A stretch of 38,037 bases of DNA. Origin: Fibrobacteria bacterium. Its GTDB lineage: Bacteria > Fibrobacterota > Fibrobacteria > UBA11236. The notes below the pieces were generated by a model. It saw only the letters and a program-made list of their open reading frames with translations, was not told the origin of the DNA and did not search any database. A program made the position numbers and the translations under genes. Below, piece by piece: positions 26,869 through 35,065 of the stretch (the first letter of the stretch is position 1; the number at the start of each line of letters is the position of its first letter). The stretch lies in the NCBI GenBank assembly GCA_043732185.1, contig JAYTHY010000040.1:1-38037 (forward strand). Direction: 5' to 3'.

Positions 26869-28403
26869 TAGCCCTGAAGCCTTTCGTTATCCTTTCGGCC
26901 AGAACCCTGTTCTTCGGAATCGTCTTCGTCGTCTTCGTCGCCGTCCTCGTCGAAAGGTTCTTCCTCTGAAACTTCTGCTTCAAACTCCTCGTCGGTTTTA
27001 TTGGACTCCTGATCCAGCCATTCTTCCTTAACCTCGATTGGGACAACTCCCCAGGCAAGATATTTTTCCAACTCTTCATCCGTGCGCAGTTTAAAGCGGC
27101 TTCGGAACCACACTCTTAAGGGCGCGCCTTCCAAATTGAAAAATTCAAAAGCTTGACGGCGTAGGTACCGGGTATAACTGACAATGATTCGTTCTGGATG
27201 ATTGACTTCAAAAGCCAATGCCGGTGGATTCACGAGGACTTGGCAGCAACGGGTTAACAATACAGGACCCGCCGAAGTTGACGGATGCGGATGCTTGGCC
27301 ATGGTTTCTTCGAAAAACTGGATCACCTTATCCCGGCCCAATACACGGCCCAAATTGGCTTTTACCTTAATGATCTCATCCAACACCCGAATCAGGCGTT
27401 TTCCTGTCAAGCCTGAAGTGGAAAGGAAGGGTACTCCTTCTAAATCCGGATTCTTGTATTTCAACTCCTTGACCATGTGATCAAAGGTTTTGCTTTCCGG
27501 TTGCATCACATCCCATTTGTTCAATGCGACGATGAGGCCTTTGCCGACTTCTTGAATCAATGTGCAGATGCGAAAATCCTGAATTTCCATGCCACGCTGG
27601 CTGTCTACCAGCAGTAAGCACACATCGCTGCGGCGAATGGCTTCCAAGGCCCGCATGTTGGAAAAATATTCGACCTCATCCTTTACCCGAGCTTTGCGGC
27701 GCAGGCCGGCAGTATCGGTTAGGATGAATTTCTGATCGTTGTACATGAATTCGGAATCGATAGCATCTCGAGTAGTGCCAGCGATTTCTGAGGTGATCAC
27801 GCGTTCCTCACCGATTAAGGAATTGACCATAGTGCTCTTGCCCGCATTGGGTCGTCCCAAAATGGCAACTTTTATGAGGTTTTCCTTGGGTACGGTTTTG
27901 GGCTTGTTCGGCAACCAGGGCATCATGGCGTCTAGGACTTCGGCCACGCCGTCACCGTGGATAGCAGAAACAGGCCAGGGTTCGCCTAAACCCAGGGACC
28001 AAAATTCGGAAGCTTCATCGCGAATATGGCGTGACTCGGTTTTATTCACGACCATCAGCACTGGTCGTTTGCTGCGCTGTACCAGGCGAGCAAAAGTTTG
28101 ATCCAAATCCGTGATTCCCGTCCGGCCGTCCACCATGAAAAGGACCAAGTCCGCTTCTCGCATGGCTATCTCGATCTGTTCTCGGACCAAGGTATCGATG
28201 GATTCAATTTCCTTGGAGATGAATCCACCGGTATCCACGATTTGGAAATAAATTCCATTCCATTCTGCTAATTGATAATGACGATCCCGAGTCACGCCCT
28301 CTCGGTCGGCTACGACAGCGGCACGGCGGCCTAAAACTCGGTTGAAAAAACTGGATTTGCCGACGTTGGGACGGCCTACAATGACTACGGTTGCGAGGTT
28401 CAT
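26868..28403 (-). CDS. der: Ribosome biogenesis GTPase Der (EngA) with acidic C-terminal tail
   Basis: Two G domains (GRPNVGKS/DTGG/NKTE and GRPNAGKS/DTAG/NKWD), KH-like domain. Confidence 0.97.
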   Translation of the reverse strand: MNLATVVIVGRPNVGKSSFFNRVLGRRAAVVADREGVTRDRHYQLAEWNGIYFQIVDTGGFISKEIESIDTLVREQIEIAMREADLVLFMVDGRTGITDLDQTFARLVQRSKRPVLMVVNKTESRHIRDEASEFWSLGLGEPWPVSAIHGDGVAEVLDAMMPWLPNKPKTVPKENLIKVAILGRPNAGKSTMVNSLIGEERVITSEIAGTTRDAIDSEFMYNDQKFILTDTAGLRRKARVKDEVEYFSNMRALEAIRRSDVCLLLVDSQRGMEIQDFRICTLIQEVGKGLIVALNKWDVMQPESKTFDHMVKELKYKNPDLEGVPFLSTSGLTGKRLIRVLDEIIKVKANLGRVLGRDKVIQFFEETMAKHPHPSTSAGPVLLTRCCQVLVNPPALAFEVNHPERIIVSYTRYLRRQAFEFFNLEGAPLRVWFRSRFKLRTDEELEKYLAWGVVPIEVKEEWLDQESNKTDEEFEAEVSEEEPFDEDGDEDDEDDSEEQGSGRKDNERLQG

Positions 28404-28472
28404 GGGGGAAAAGTTATACCTTGTTTAAGTTATTGGCAATACAAGGCTTAGAAAATACATTTATCAGCAAAT

Positions 28473-29246
28473 ATGAGCAATATCGGACCCGATTTTCGCG
28501 CTTCTAATCCTGGATTTGTGAAGTTTGATTTTCACATGCACACTTTAGACGACCCATACGACCAACATGTTTATCATACCGTTTATGAATTGATAGATAA
28601 AGCCGCCAGCTTGGGTTTTGGGGCGCTTGCCATTACCCTACATGCACAACAATTCCACAGCCACTCCGCAGTAGCCTATGCCGAGGAACGCGGCATCCTT
28701 TTAGTTCCCGGTGTAGAACAAAATATTGAAGGCGTGCATGTATTGCTGATTAATTTTCCCAAAGAAATCGCGGATAAAATTTCAACTTTTCCAGAATTGG
28801 CCGCCGCAAGAAAGGCGTTGAAAACCGCTGGCGCTCCTGCAAACCTAGTGGTGGCCCCCCACCCCTTTTTTCCCAGTGAAGTCAGTCTCCTCAAAAAGTT
28901 CTGGGAACAAAGCGCCCATTTTGACGCCATTGAGGTTTCCGGATTTTACCACCGTTTCTGGAATCCGAATCATAAAGCCATGCAGGCCGCTAAAAAAACC
29001 GGGCTGCCTTTAATTGGAAACTCGGACACGCACACTCTAGAGCAGTTCGGCAAAACCTGGAGTGAAGCACCGTGCGAACGAAATACAGAAAGCCTGATAC
29101 ATGCAGTGAAATCGGGTCAAGTACAAGTGCGAGGCCGATCCCTTACTTTTACAGAAATGAGCGTCATAGGCTGGAAGGTGATTGCGCAAGGATACATGCG
29201 CTGGATCAACTACAAGCGTAAACGGGGATACCGCTTCATTCCATAG
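28473..29246 (+). CDS. PHP-domain phosphoesterase
   Basis: DFHMHT, PGVE, HVL, PHPF, DAIEV, GNSDTH metal-binding motifs. Confidence 0.88.
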   Translation: MSNIGPDFRASNPGFVKFDFHMHTLDDPYDQHVYHTVYELIDKAASLGFGALAITLHAQQFHSHSAVAYAEERGILLVPGVEQNIEGVHVLLINFPKEIADKISTFPELAAARKALKTAGAPANLVVAPHPFFPSEVSLLKKFWEQSAHFDAIEVSGFYHRFWNPNHKAMQAAKKTGLPLIGNSDTHTLEQFGKTWSEAPCERNTESLIHAVKSGQVQVRGRSLTFTEMSVIGWKVIAQGYMRWINYKRKRGYRFIP

Positions 29247-29254
29247 GAGTTGCG

Positions 29255-29351
29255 TCGTAACACATTTTGCAACACAACTTCGTAACACACTTTGTTATAA
29301 AACTGTGGTGCCCGGTCTGTACTCCCGATCTGTACTAGATGGATCCGTCTA
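29255..29351. repeat. Cluster of short direct repeats and a palindrome in an intergenic region
   Basis: TCGTAACACAyTTTG at 29255 and 29280; CCCGrTCTGTACT tandem at 29311 and 29324; near-palindrome TAGATGGATCCGTCTA at 29336-29351. Confidence 0.7.
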
Positions 29352-29412
29352 CCTGTGGAAAAAGCATGAATGGCCCCTTGCGGATTAGCGGCCTTGTCCA
29401 TATATTGCAAAA

Positions 29413-30699
29413 ATGATTAAATACCAACAATTCCGAAAATCGCCCCAGCAAATTCCTTTTTCCTCCTTCGGTTTCCTCTTTAGTCTCTTGGTTGGGGTGA
29501 GCGTAGCGGCTACTACCGGCCGCGTTGTGGATAGGAATGGCCAAGCGCTTCCAGGTGTTACCGTCACCTTCGATGGACAGGGTTTGACAGGCACGACCGA
29601 TGCACTCGGCCACTTTTCGCTGGGTACAGTGGTTGGACTTGTTAGTCCAGGCTCACATTCAAATTCCGGTAAACGGGACAAAGAAACCAATCATTTCACT
29701 TTTACGCCTGGCCACAATCCAACTCCCTTGGTCAAAGAAACGTTTACACTTAAGGGTGCGCGACTCGTTCTGGAAAATGAAAATGTACCTATGCAAGCGC
29801 CGCATCCCTTGCGCAAGCAATCCGCCGGACCCGATACACTCTATCTGACAAAGACTGCTTACCTTGCAAAAAGGGTCGCTGTTGCAAATACCGGCATCAA
29901 TATGGATGTGGGCGACATCATTCTCAACGCGAACTTTACTGGTACTGCGGAAAAATACCACGGCTACGATTTATTTCGATTCACACTGGCTGGTAAAAAC
30001 GCACTTGTCCTAATTCCGAATAAAGTGCGGGCCGGAAGTCCCTGGATTTTCCAAACCATGTTTTGGGACCACAAACCCTTATTCGATTCGATCATGGCCC
30101 AAAACGGATATTATGTTGCATTCATCGATATGGGAAATACCATGGGCGCGCCCAAGGCGGTGGCGTGGATGGATTCACTCTATTCCCATTTGACCAGTAA
30201 ATATGGCCTTAGTAAAAAGGTGAACATGTTCGGAATCAGCCGTGGTGGGCTTTTTATGTACAACTGGGCGCGCGCAAATATTTCAAAAATATCGACTATG
30301 TACGGTGATGGTGCCGTAATGGACTTTGTGAGTTGGCCTTGCGGCTGTTACGGCACGGGTGTTGGCAGCGTCGCGGACTGGTCCAGTTTGAAATCCGATT
30401 ATGGATTCGCGTCCGATTCAATAGCCAAAGCGTATACTGGCAATCCCTATCAAAACATGCAAAGTTTCGCGGCCGCCAAAATTCCAATTATTCATGTCTA
30501 CGGAGAAATCGATTCGGTTGTGCCGCCCGCTGAAAACGCCCTTCGCGCCAATGACTCTCTTAAGGCACATGGCTGGCAAATGAAACTATTGCCAAAGCCC
30601 AAAACGGGTCATGTTCATGGGGTCACGCCTGCAGATGGCGGTTTACCTGGACAGTTGGATACTTTGATAAACTTCGTTCTGAGGAATACCAGCTACTAA
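29413..30699 (+). CDS. Secreted alpha/beta hydrolase with N-terminal carboxypeptidase-regulatory-like domain
   Basis: Signal peptide; TGRVVDRNGQALPGVTVT...TTDALGHFSL; nucleophile elbow GISRGG; GEIDSVVP and GHVHG. Confidence 0.8.
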   Translation: MIKYQQFRKSPQQIPFSSFGFLFSLLVGVSVAATTGRVVDRNGQALPGVTVTFDGQGLTGTTDALGHFSLGTVVGLVSPGSHSNSGKRDKETNHFTFTPGHNPTPLVKETFTLKGARLVLENENVPMQAPHPLRKQSAGPDTLYLTKTAYLAKRVAVANTGINMDVGDIILNANFTGTAEKYHGYDLFRFTLAGKNALVLIPNKVRAGSPWIFQTMFWDHKPLFDSIMAQNGYYVAFIDMGNTMGAPKAVAWMDSLYSHLTSKYGLSKKVNMFGISRGGLFMYNWARANISKISTMYGDGAVMDFVSWPCGCYGTGVGSVADWSSLKSDYGFASDSIAKAYTGNPYQNMQSFAAAKIPIIHVYGEIDSVVPPAENALRANDSLKAHGWQMKLLPKPKTGHVHGVTPADGGLPGQLDTLINFVLRNTSY

Positions 30700-30724
30700 C
30701 ACTCCGGTTCAGACATTCCCAGAT

Positions 30725-30818
30725 TGCGCAACTTCTTGCGCAGTTTTTCTTGACGTCCGATTTATCAAACGATTTTTAGTGATTTATTGGGCCTTCGGCA
30801 ATTGGTCCGTCATTTGCT
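30725..30818 (+). promoter_or_regulatory. Putative sigma54 promoter with enhancer palindrome and IHF site
   Basis: TGGTCCGTCATTTGCT (GG-N10-GC, 30803-30818); TATCAA-ACGA-TTT IHF-like site (30763-30775); TGCGCAA-CTTC-TTGCGCA palindrome (30725-30742). Confidence 0.65.
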
Positions 30819-30846
30819 GTTTGATAACAGGCAAGGAGGCTTCAAC

Positions 30847-31470
30847 ATGTTCAAATTAAAAATGATTCCCAGCCTAGTTCTATTTCATTCCTTAACAGTC
30901 GTGGCGGCTTTGGCCCATGACCTAGGAAACAATCAAAAAAGTGCCGTATATGCTACTCCGGCAACGATGGTAATAACCTCGACACAACTGGGATTCCCAA
31001 TTATTTCCCTAGCCTATGAACATTCGTTAACGAATCGAGGTTTGGCGCTGTTTATCCCCATGCACGGCGGTTATCTAGAAAACAGCTATACAAAACAATT
31101 TGCATATGGACTTGGAATCGGACTGCGAAGGTACATTGGCGAATCTTTTTCGGGCAGTTACTTAACCGCACAGAGCGATTTTATAAAGGGTGAGGATGAT
31201 AACAATGGAGGCCATTGGGAATACTTGACTCCCGATCCCGCAACCGGTACAAATCCACGTGAAGTTTGGATTGATGGCACTCAACCCAGAAAGGAAATTT
31301 ATCTCTCAATGAGCCAAGTTTCATATGGATACAAATGGATGTGGAAACAGGTTGCTTTGGATTTAAGTCTTGGGGGTGCCTTCTATGCAAACCAGGATGA
31401 AAAATTTACTGGATTCATTGGCGCCGCCAATATCGGAATCCCATTTGGAAAGGAAACCTTCGGTTTTTAA
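30847..31470 (+). CDS. Small outer-membrane beta-barrel protein (DUF3575-like)
   Basis: AAGGAGG RBS, signal peptide, SLAYEH, GIGLRRY, YGYKW, LDLSLGG, terminal Phe. Confidence 0.7.
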   Translation: MFKLKMIPSLVLFHSLTVVAALAHDLGNNQKSAVYATPATMVITSTQLGFPIISLAYEHSLTNRGLALFIPMHGGYLENSYTKQFAYGLGIGLRRYIGESFSGSYLTAQSDFIKGEDDNNGGHWEYLTPDPATGTNPREVWIDGTQPRKEIYLSMSQVSYGYKWMWKQVALDLSLGGAFYANQDEKFTGFIGAANIGIPFGKETFGF

Positions 31471-31493
31471 TCGAAGTGTGAAGGAGAAACCCC

Positions 31494-32033
31494 ATGCGCA
31501 TCAAATCATTTCTTCCATTCAGTTTATTTGCTTTCGTCCAAATCGCCATCGCCGATGTTTCATACTCCAAAAACGATGCCTTGACCATTCATCCTATCCT
31601 CAGTATTGCCATCTTTGGAATCCATACATCCTATGAGGGCGCTCTGGGCATGAGTCGCTGGGCGTATGAAGTCCCTGCCTATTTTGGTTATAATGAACGT
31701 TTAAGTCAAAACCCAACGCTGTTTATGGGGACCGGCATTGGGATACGGCGATATGTTCTTGAGGCAGGTCAGGGTGCTTATATCGAACCGGAATTAGAGT
31801 GCGTAAACATGCATCAATTCGCAAGTGGTATTGATTCCAAAAGAAATATTGTTTTTATGATTCCCTCCCTGCGAATGGGTTACAAGCTTAGATGGCAGAC
31901 GGTAGTATTGGATTTGGGATTGGGAACCGGTTTTATAAATGGAACTCTGACAGACGGCGTTCTTTCCAAAAATGATGGCTGGACACGAGCACTTATACCA
32001 ACCGGCAATGTCGCAATTGGAATTCCCTTTTAA
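31494..32033 (+). CDS. Small outer-membrane beta-barrel protein (DUF3575-like), paralogue of the upstream gene
   Basis: AAGGAG RBS, signal peptide, GIGIRRY, MGYKL, LDLGLG, C-terminus AIGIPF. Confidence 0.7.
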   Translation: MRIKSFLPFSLFAFVQIAIADVSYSKNDALTIHPILSIAIFGIHTSYEGALGMSRWAYEVPAYFGYNERLSQNPTLFMGTGIGIRRYVLEAGQGAYIEPELECVNMHQFASGIDSKRNIVFMIPSLRMGYKLRWQTVVLDLGLGTGFINGTLTDGVLSKNDGWTRALIPTGNVAIGIPF

Positions 32034-32045
32034 CCGACGTTCCTT

Positions 32046-32903
32046 TTAAAAAAAACTAGCGCCTATTCCGGCCAATACGCATAGGCTCACAGCGATATTA
32101 GCCAGAAAAAAATCCTGGTTTAAAGCATCCAGGGAAGCGCTGCGACGGAAAAGATGCACGTATAGAAGTAATATTGCCACAATCCCTAAGCTGACCTGGA
32201 ATGCCAATCCCAAATCACTTAGCCAACCTAGAATCAAAAGGCAAATCCACATGAGCGCGTGAAGCACTTTTGAAATACGCAACGCTCCAGGAATACCTAA
32301 GCGCACCACCAGAGAATGCAGGCCTCGTTGGCGATCAAATTCATGATCTTGTGTGGCGTAGATGATGTCGAATCCGGCAATCCACAATAGCAATGCCATG
32401 CAGAGCAGAATGGGTTCCCATTCAATATGGCCGCGAACCGCTATCCATGCGCCTACCGGCGAAATTCCAATCGCCAATCCCAGAAAAAAATGGGAAAGTG
32501 AAGTAAAGCGTTTTGTGAGTGAATAGCCAAATACAATTACCAAGGTGGGTATCGCAAGAACCAGGGCCAGCAAATTGACAAAATACGTTGTCACTACAAA
32601 AGCCGTAGCGTTGAGGATTAAAAATCCCAACACCTGATTCCGAGACAGAATACCGGCAGGCAAATGTCTGCGAGCTGTACGCGGATTGGCTTTGTCTAAA
32701 TCGGCATCAACCAGCCGATTGAAAGCCATGGCGGCATTTCTGCAGGTGATCATGCAAATGAGAATAAGTAAAAAGACGCGCCAAGTTGGAAAGCCTTGGG
32801 ATGCCCAAATCATCGATGCCAAGGCAAAGGGCAATGCAAATAAGGTATGGGAAAATCGTACCAGTCCCAGATAGTGACGCAAATTAGTGCGGATTCCAGT
32901 CAT
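32046..32903 (-). CDS. UbiA-family polyprenyltransferase (MqnP-like)
   Basis: LVRFSHTLFALPFA, AMAFNRLVDADLDKANPRTARR, YSLTKRF, GFDIIYATQD; ATGA overlap with ubiX. Confidence 0.9.
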   Translation of the reverse strand: MTGIRTNLRHYLGLVRFSHTLFALPFALASMIWASQGFPTWRVFLLILICMITCRNAAMAFNRLVDADLDKANPRTARRHLPAGILSRNQVLGFLILNATAFVVTTYFVNLLALVLAIPTLVIVFGYSLTKRFTSLSHFFLGLAIGISPVGAWIAVRGHIEWEPILLCMALLLWIAGFDIIYATQDHEFDRQRGLHSLVVRLGIPGALRISKVLHALMWICLLILGWLSDLGLAFQVSLGIVAILLLYVHLFRRSASLDALNQDFFLANIAVSLCVLAGIGASFF

Positions 32904-33451
32904 GGCTCCCTCCACCTCTTCCCCACTTCATGTTCCAAATTGAGATGATCTAGGATGCGGGCAAGTACAGTGTCTACTAGTTCCTCAATGGTTTTAGGCA
33001 AATGGTAAAAGGAAGGGTTAGCGGGGAGGATTATCGCGCCCATATCGGACAATACCTGTTGGTTTTGTAAGTGCAGGCTGCTCATGGGGGTTTCTCGAGG
33101 AACCAATATTAGTTTTCGCCTTTCCTTGAGACAGACATCGGCTGCGCGGGTCAGTAAGGTGTCACCGATACCATGCGCAATCTTTCCAAGGGTACCCATG
33201 GAAGTGGGTAGAATCACCATGCCTCCATGTCGGTAGGTGCCACTGGCAATGGCAGCGAAAAAATCACCGTTGTCATAAACCCGATCGGCTTTGGCTGTGA
33301 TATTGGGAAAACCCTCGAAGGCGCAGACTTTTTTTCCCATCTCCGTCAGAACCAGGTGCACTTCCTCGCCAAGGTTTTTTAAATGGCCAACCAGCCTGTC
33401 GGCATAAATTGCGCCGGAAGCACCCGTCACTCCGATGATAAACCGTCCCAT
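32900..33451 (-). CDS. ubiX: Flavin prenyltransferase UbiX
   Basis: GVTGASG, IASGT, RAADVCLKERRKLILVPRETP, PSFYHLP. Confidence 0.95.
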   Translation of the reverse strand: MGRFIIGVTGASGAIYADRLVGHLKNLGEEVHLVLTEMGKKVCAFEGFPNITAKADRVYDNGDFFAAIASGTYRHGGMVILPTSMGTLGKIAHGIGDTLLTRAADVCLKERRKLILVPRETPMSSLHLQNQQVLSDMGAIILPANPSFYHLPKTIEELVDTVLARILDHLNLEHEVGKRWREP

Positions 33452-33452
33452 T

Positions 33453-34202
33453 TTATTTTCCTTTCACGGCCGTGACAATATGTGAAATACCGAAATCACA
33501 GGCGACAACAGAAACCGGCGAATAGCCCTGAATCCTAAATAATGCCGCGTACTCCGAAACCGAACAGAATTTAAGGATGGAATCAACCAGATAAGTATAG
33601 GCTGCACGTTTGGATGAAAACATCCAGCCCACAATGGGTATACATACCGGTGCCAAAATGCGGTAAAAGCAAAATGTAAAAAGCGAAGTTGGGCGGAAGA
33701 ATTCCAAAGTAAGGAATGTTCCTTGAGTCCGTAATAAGGGACCCACGGCTTGGATTCCGGCTGAAAGGGAATCCAAATTACGCATACCAAAGCCACAGAG
33801 TACCACATCAAAAGTACCGGCTTTAAAGCATGGCTTAAGCGCGTCCATGCGTACCAAATAGGGCGTAGGCTTTCCATTTTCAGAAGCCGCATTGATCGAA
33901 GGCGATCGGAATTTCCTGGCCGCTTCCTGAAGCATTGGCAGCGAAAAATCGGCAATCACGCCACGTCTTAACTGGGGCGGGCGTTCTGGGCGTGGAAGGG
34001 ACTCCGGCTGCATTTTGGACCATGACTGCCAGAAATCCCCAGTCCCACCGCATAGGTCGAGTACCTTTGCAGAATTCGAAAACTGTAATCCGTCTATTGC
34101 TTGACTGCGCCAGGCACGATCCCGCCCTGCACTGAGGAAATGATTTAGGAAATCATAGCGATCAGCAATACCATCGAACATTTTTTGAACTGCGAGACCC
34201 AT
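33453..34202 (-). CDS. menG: Demethylmenaquinone methyltransferase (UbiE/MenG)
   Basis: VQKMFDGIADRYDFLNHFLSAGRD..WR, VLDLCGGTGD, DFS..ML, FGMRN, AYTYLVDSI. Confidence 0.88.
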   Translation of the reverse strand: MGLAVQKMFDGIADRYDFLNHFLSAGRDRAWRSQAIDGLQFSNSAKVLDLCGGTGDFWQSWSKMQPESLPRPERPPQLRRGVIADFSLPMLQEAARKFRSPSINAASENGKPTPYLVRMDALKPCFKAGTFDVVLCGFGMRNLDSLSAGIQAVGPLLRTQGTFLTLEFFRPTSLFTFCFYRILAPVCIPIVGWMFSSKRAAYTYLVDSILKFCSVSEYAALFRIQGYSPVSVVACDFGISHIVTAVKGK

Positions 34203-34298
34203 GATTCCTAGCTCTTCAAGACCTAAAAATGTATATAATCGGACTCCGGCGCGCTGTGGCCGCCACCGGCTTAAACCGTCTTGAACTAAGTTGTAAAC

Positions 34299-34877
34299 GT
34301 GGCCGAAAAATTTAATCGAAAAAAAATCCCGTACCTGTTTTTACTGGCATTGGCCTTGTCTGCGTTTGCAGATACAGGCGTTCCAAATAAGGCAAAAACT
34401 CCCTCTTCTGCGGAAAATGAAAGGTTGCCTCGGAATTTCCAAACATTTCTGCCCAAAAAGGGGGAAACGATTGAAGATCCTGCTACCCAGGTGGTTCAAA
34501 TTCTACTGGATCGTCAAGATCAAGGCGCCTTTACCTCCTACATGGTGCAAGTTCTTTTCCATGGTCGACCGGCTGCCAGAAATTTTCGTGTCCTGGAAAA
34601 TCGAATTGTGATTGATTTTTTTGATACTGGAAAGCCTTCAAATCGGCTTGCTAAAATACGAGGAGGTGCCCTGGAGGCGAGTTTGCTAGAGGAGCTTTTC
34701 TATCAAGATCCAACACCATCTGCGCCCAAGTCTTCTTCCCAGAAACCATCCCGGCACTTGAAAAGCATGGTAAAGCTCACCTTGTTCATTAATGGCAAAG
34801 TTCTCGATTTGAAATTCAGGGATACGTTGGACCGGACCTTGATTCATTTTCGACTTCCCAAAAGCTTGGACCCCTAA
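34299..34877 (+). CDS. Exported hypothetical protein with an AMIN-like segment
   Basis: Signal peptide ending AFA; NFRVLENRIVIDFFDT resembles the AMIN RxxxD strand motif. Confidence 0.6.
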   Translation: MAEKFNRKKIPYLFLLALALSAFADTGVPNKAKTPSSAENERLPRNFQTFLPKKGETIEDPATQVVQILLDRQDQGAFTSYMVQVLFHGRPAARNFRVLENRIVIDFFDTGKPSNRLAKIRGGALEASLLEELFYQDPTPSAPKSSSQKPSRHLKSMVKLTLFINGKVLDLKFRDTLDRTLIHFRLPKSLDP

Positions 34878-34941
34878 TCTGAGCGGACGAATGCGAACAG
34901 ACTTGTCACACATCCGACGCCCAATTTATGGGCCATCCTGG

Positions 34942-34970
34942 TTGACATGCCGACGTGTTAGGCTTAAATT
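34942..34970 (+). promoter_or_regulatory. Sigma70 promoter of tRNA-Phe
   Basis: TTGACA-N17-TAAATT followed by GC-rich TGGTGCGC discriminator, 12 bp before the tRNA. Confidence 0.75.
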
Positions 34971-34982
34971 TGGTGCGCTGTT

Positions 34983-35058
34983 GCCCCTTTAGCTCAGATG
35001 GTAGAGCAGTGGACTGAAAATTCACGTGTCCGCAGTTCAATTCTGCGAGGGGGCACCA
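34983..35058 (+). tRNA. tRNA-Phe (GAA)
   Basis: 76-nt cloverleaf: acceptor GCCCCTT/AGGGGGC, D arm GCTC/GAGC, anticodon loop CT-GAA-AA, T arm CGCAG-TTCAATT-CTGCG, encoded CCA. Confidence 0.97.
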
Positions 35059-35065
35059 GCAAAAA

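Noticed and set aside
29255..29340. CRISPR-like mini array
   Set aside because: Repeats are only 8-15 bp with no unique 30-40 bp spacers, and there are no cas genes
30725..30742. Second LexA box
   Set aside because: TGCGC/GCGCA half-sites are 8 bp apart rather than 4; the position fits a sigma54 enhancer better
34215..34285. Inverted repeat TTCAAGAC/GTCTTGAA as MITE ends
   Set aside because: Only 8 bp, single copy, no target-site duplication; may be chance or a divergent-promoter feature
34983..35058. tRNA-Phe as integration site of a genomic island
   Set aside because: No duplicated tRNA 3' end and no integrase seen; the core gene greB follows immediately
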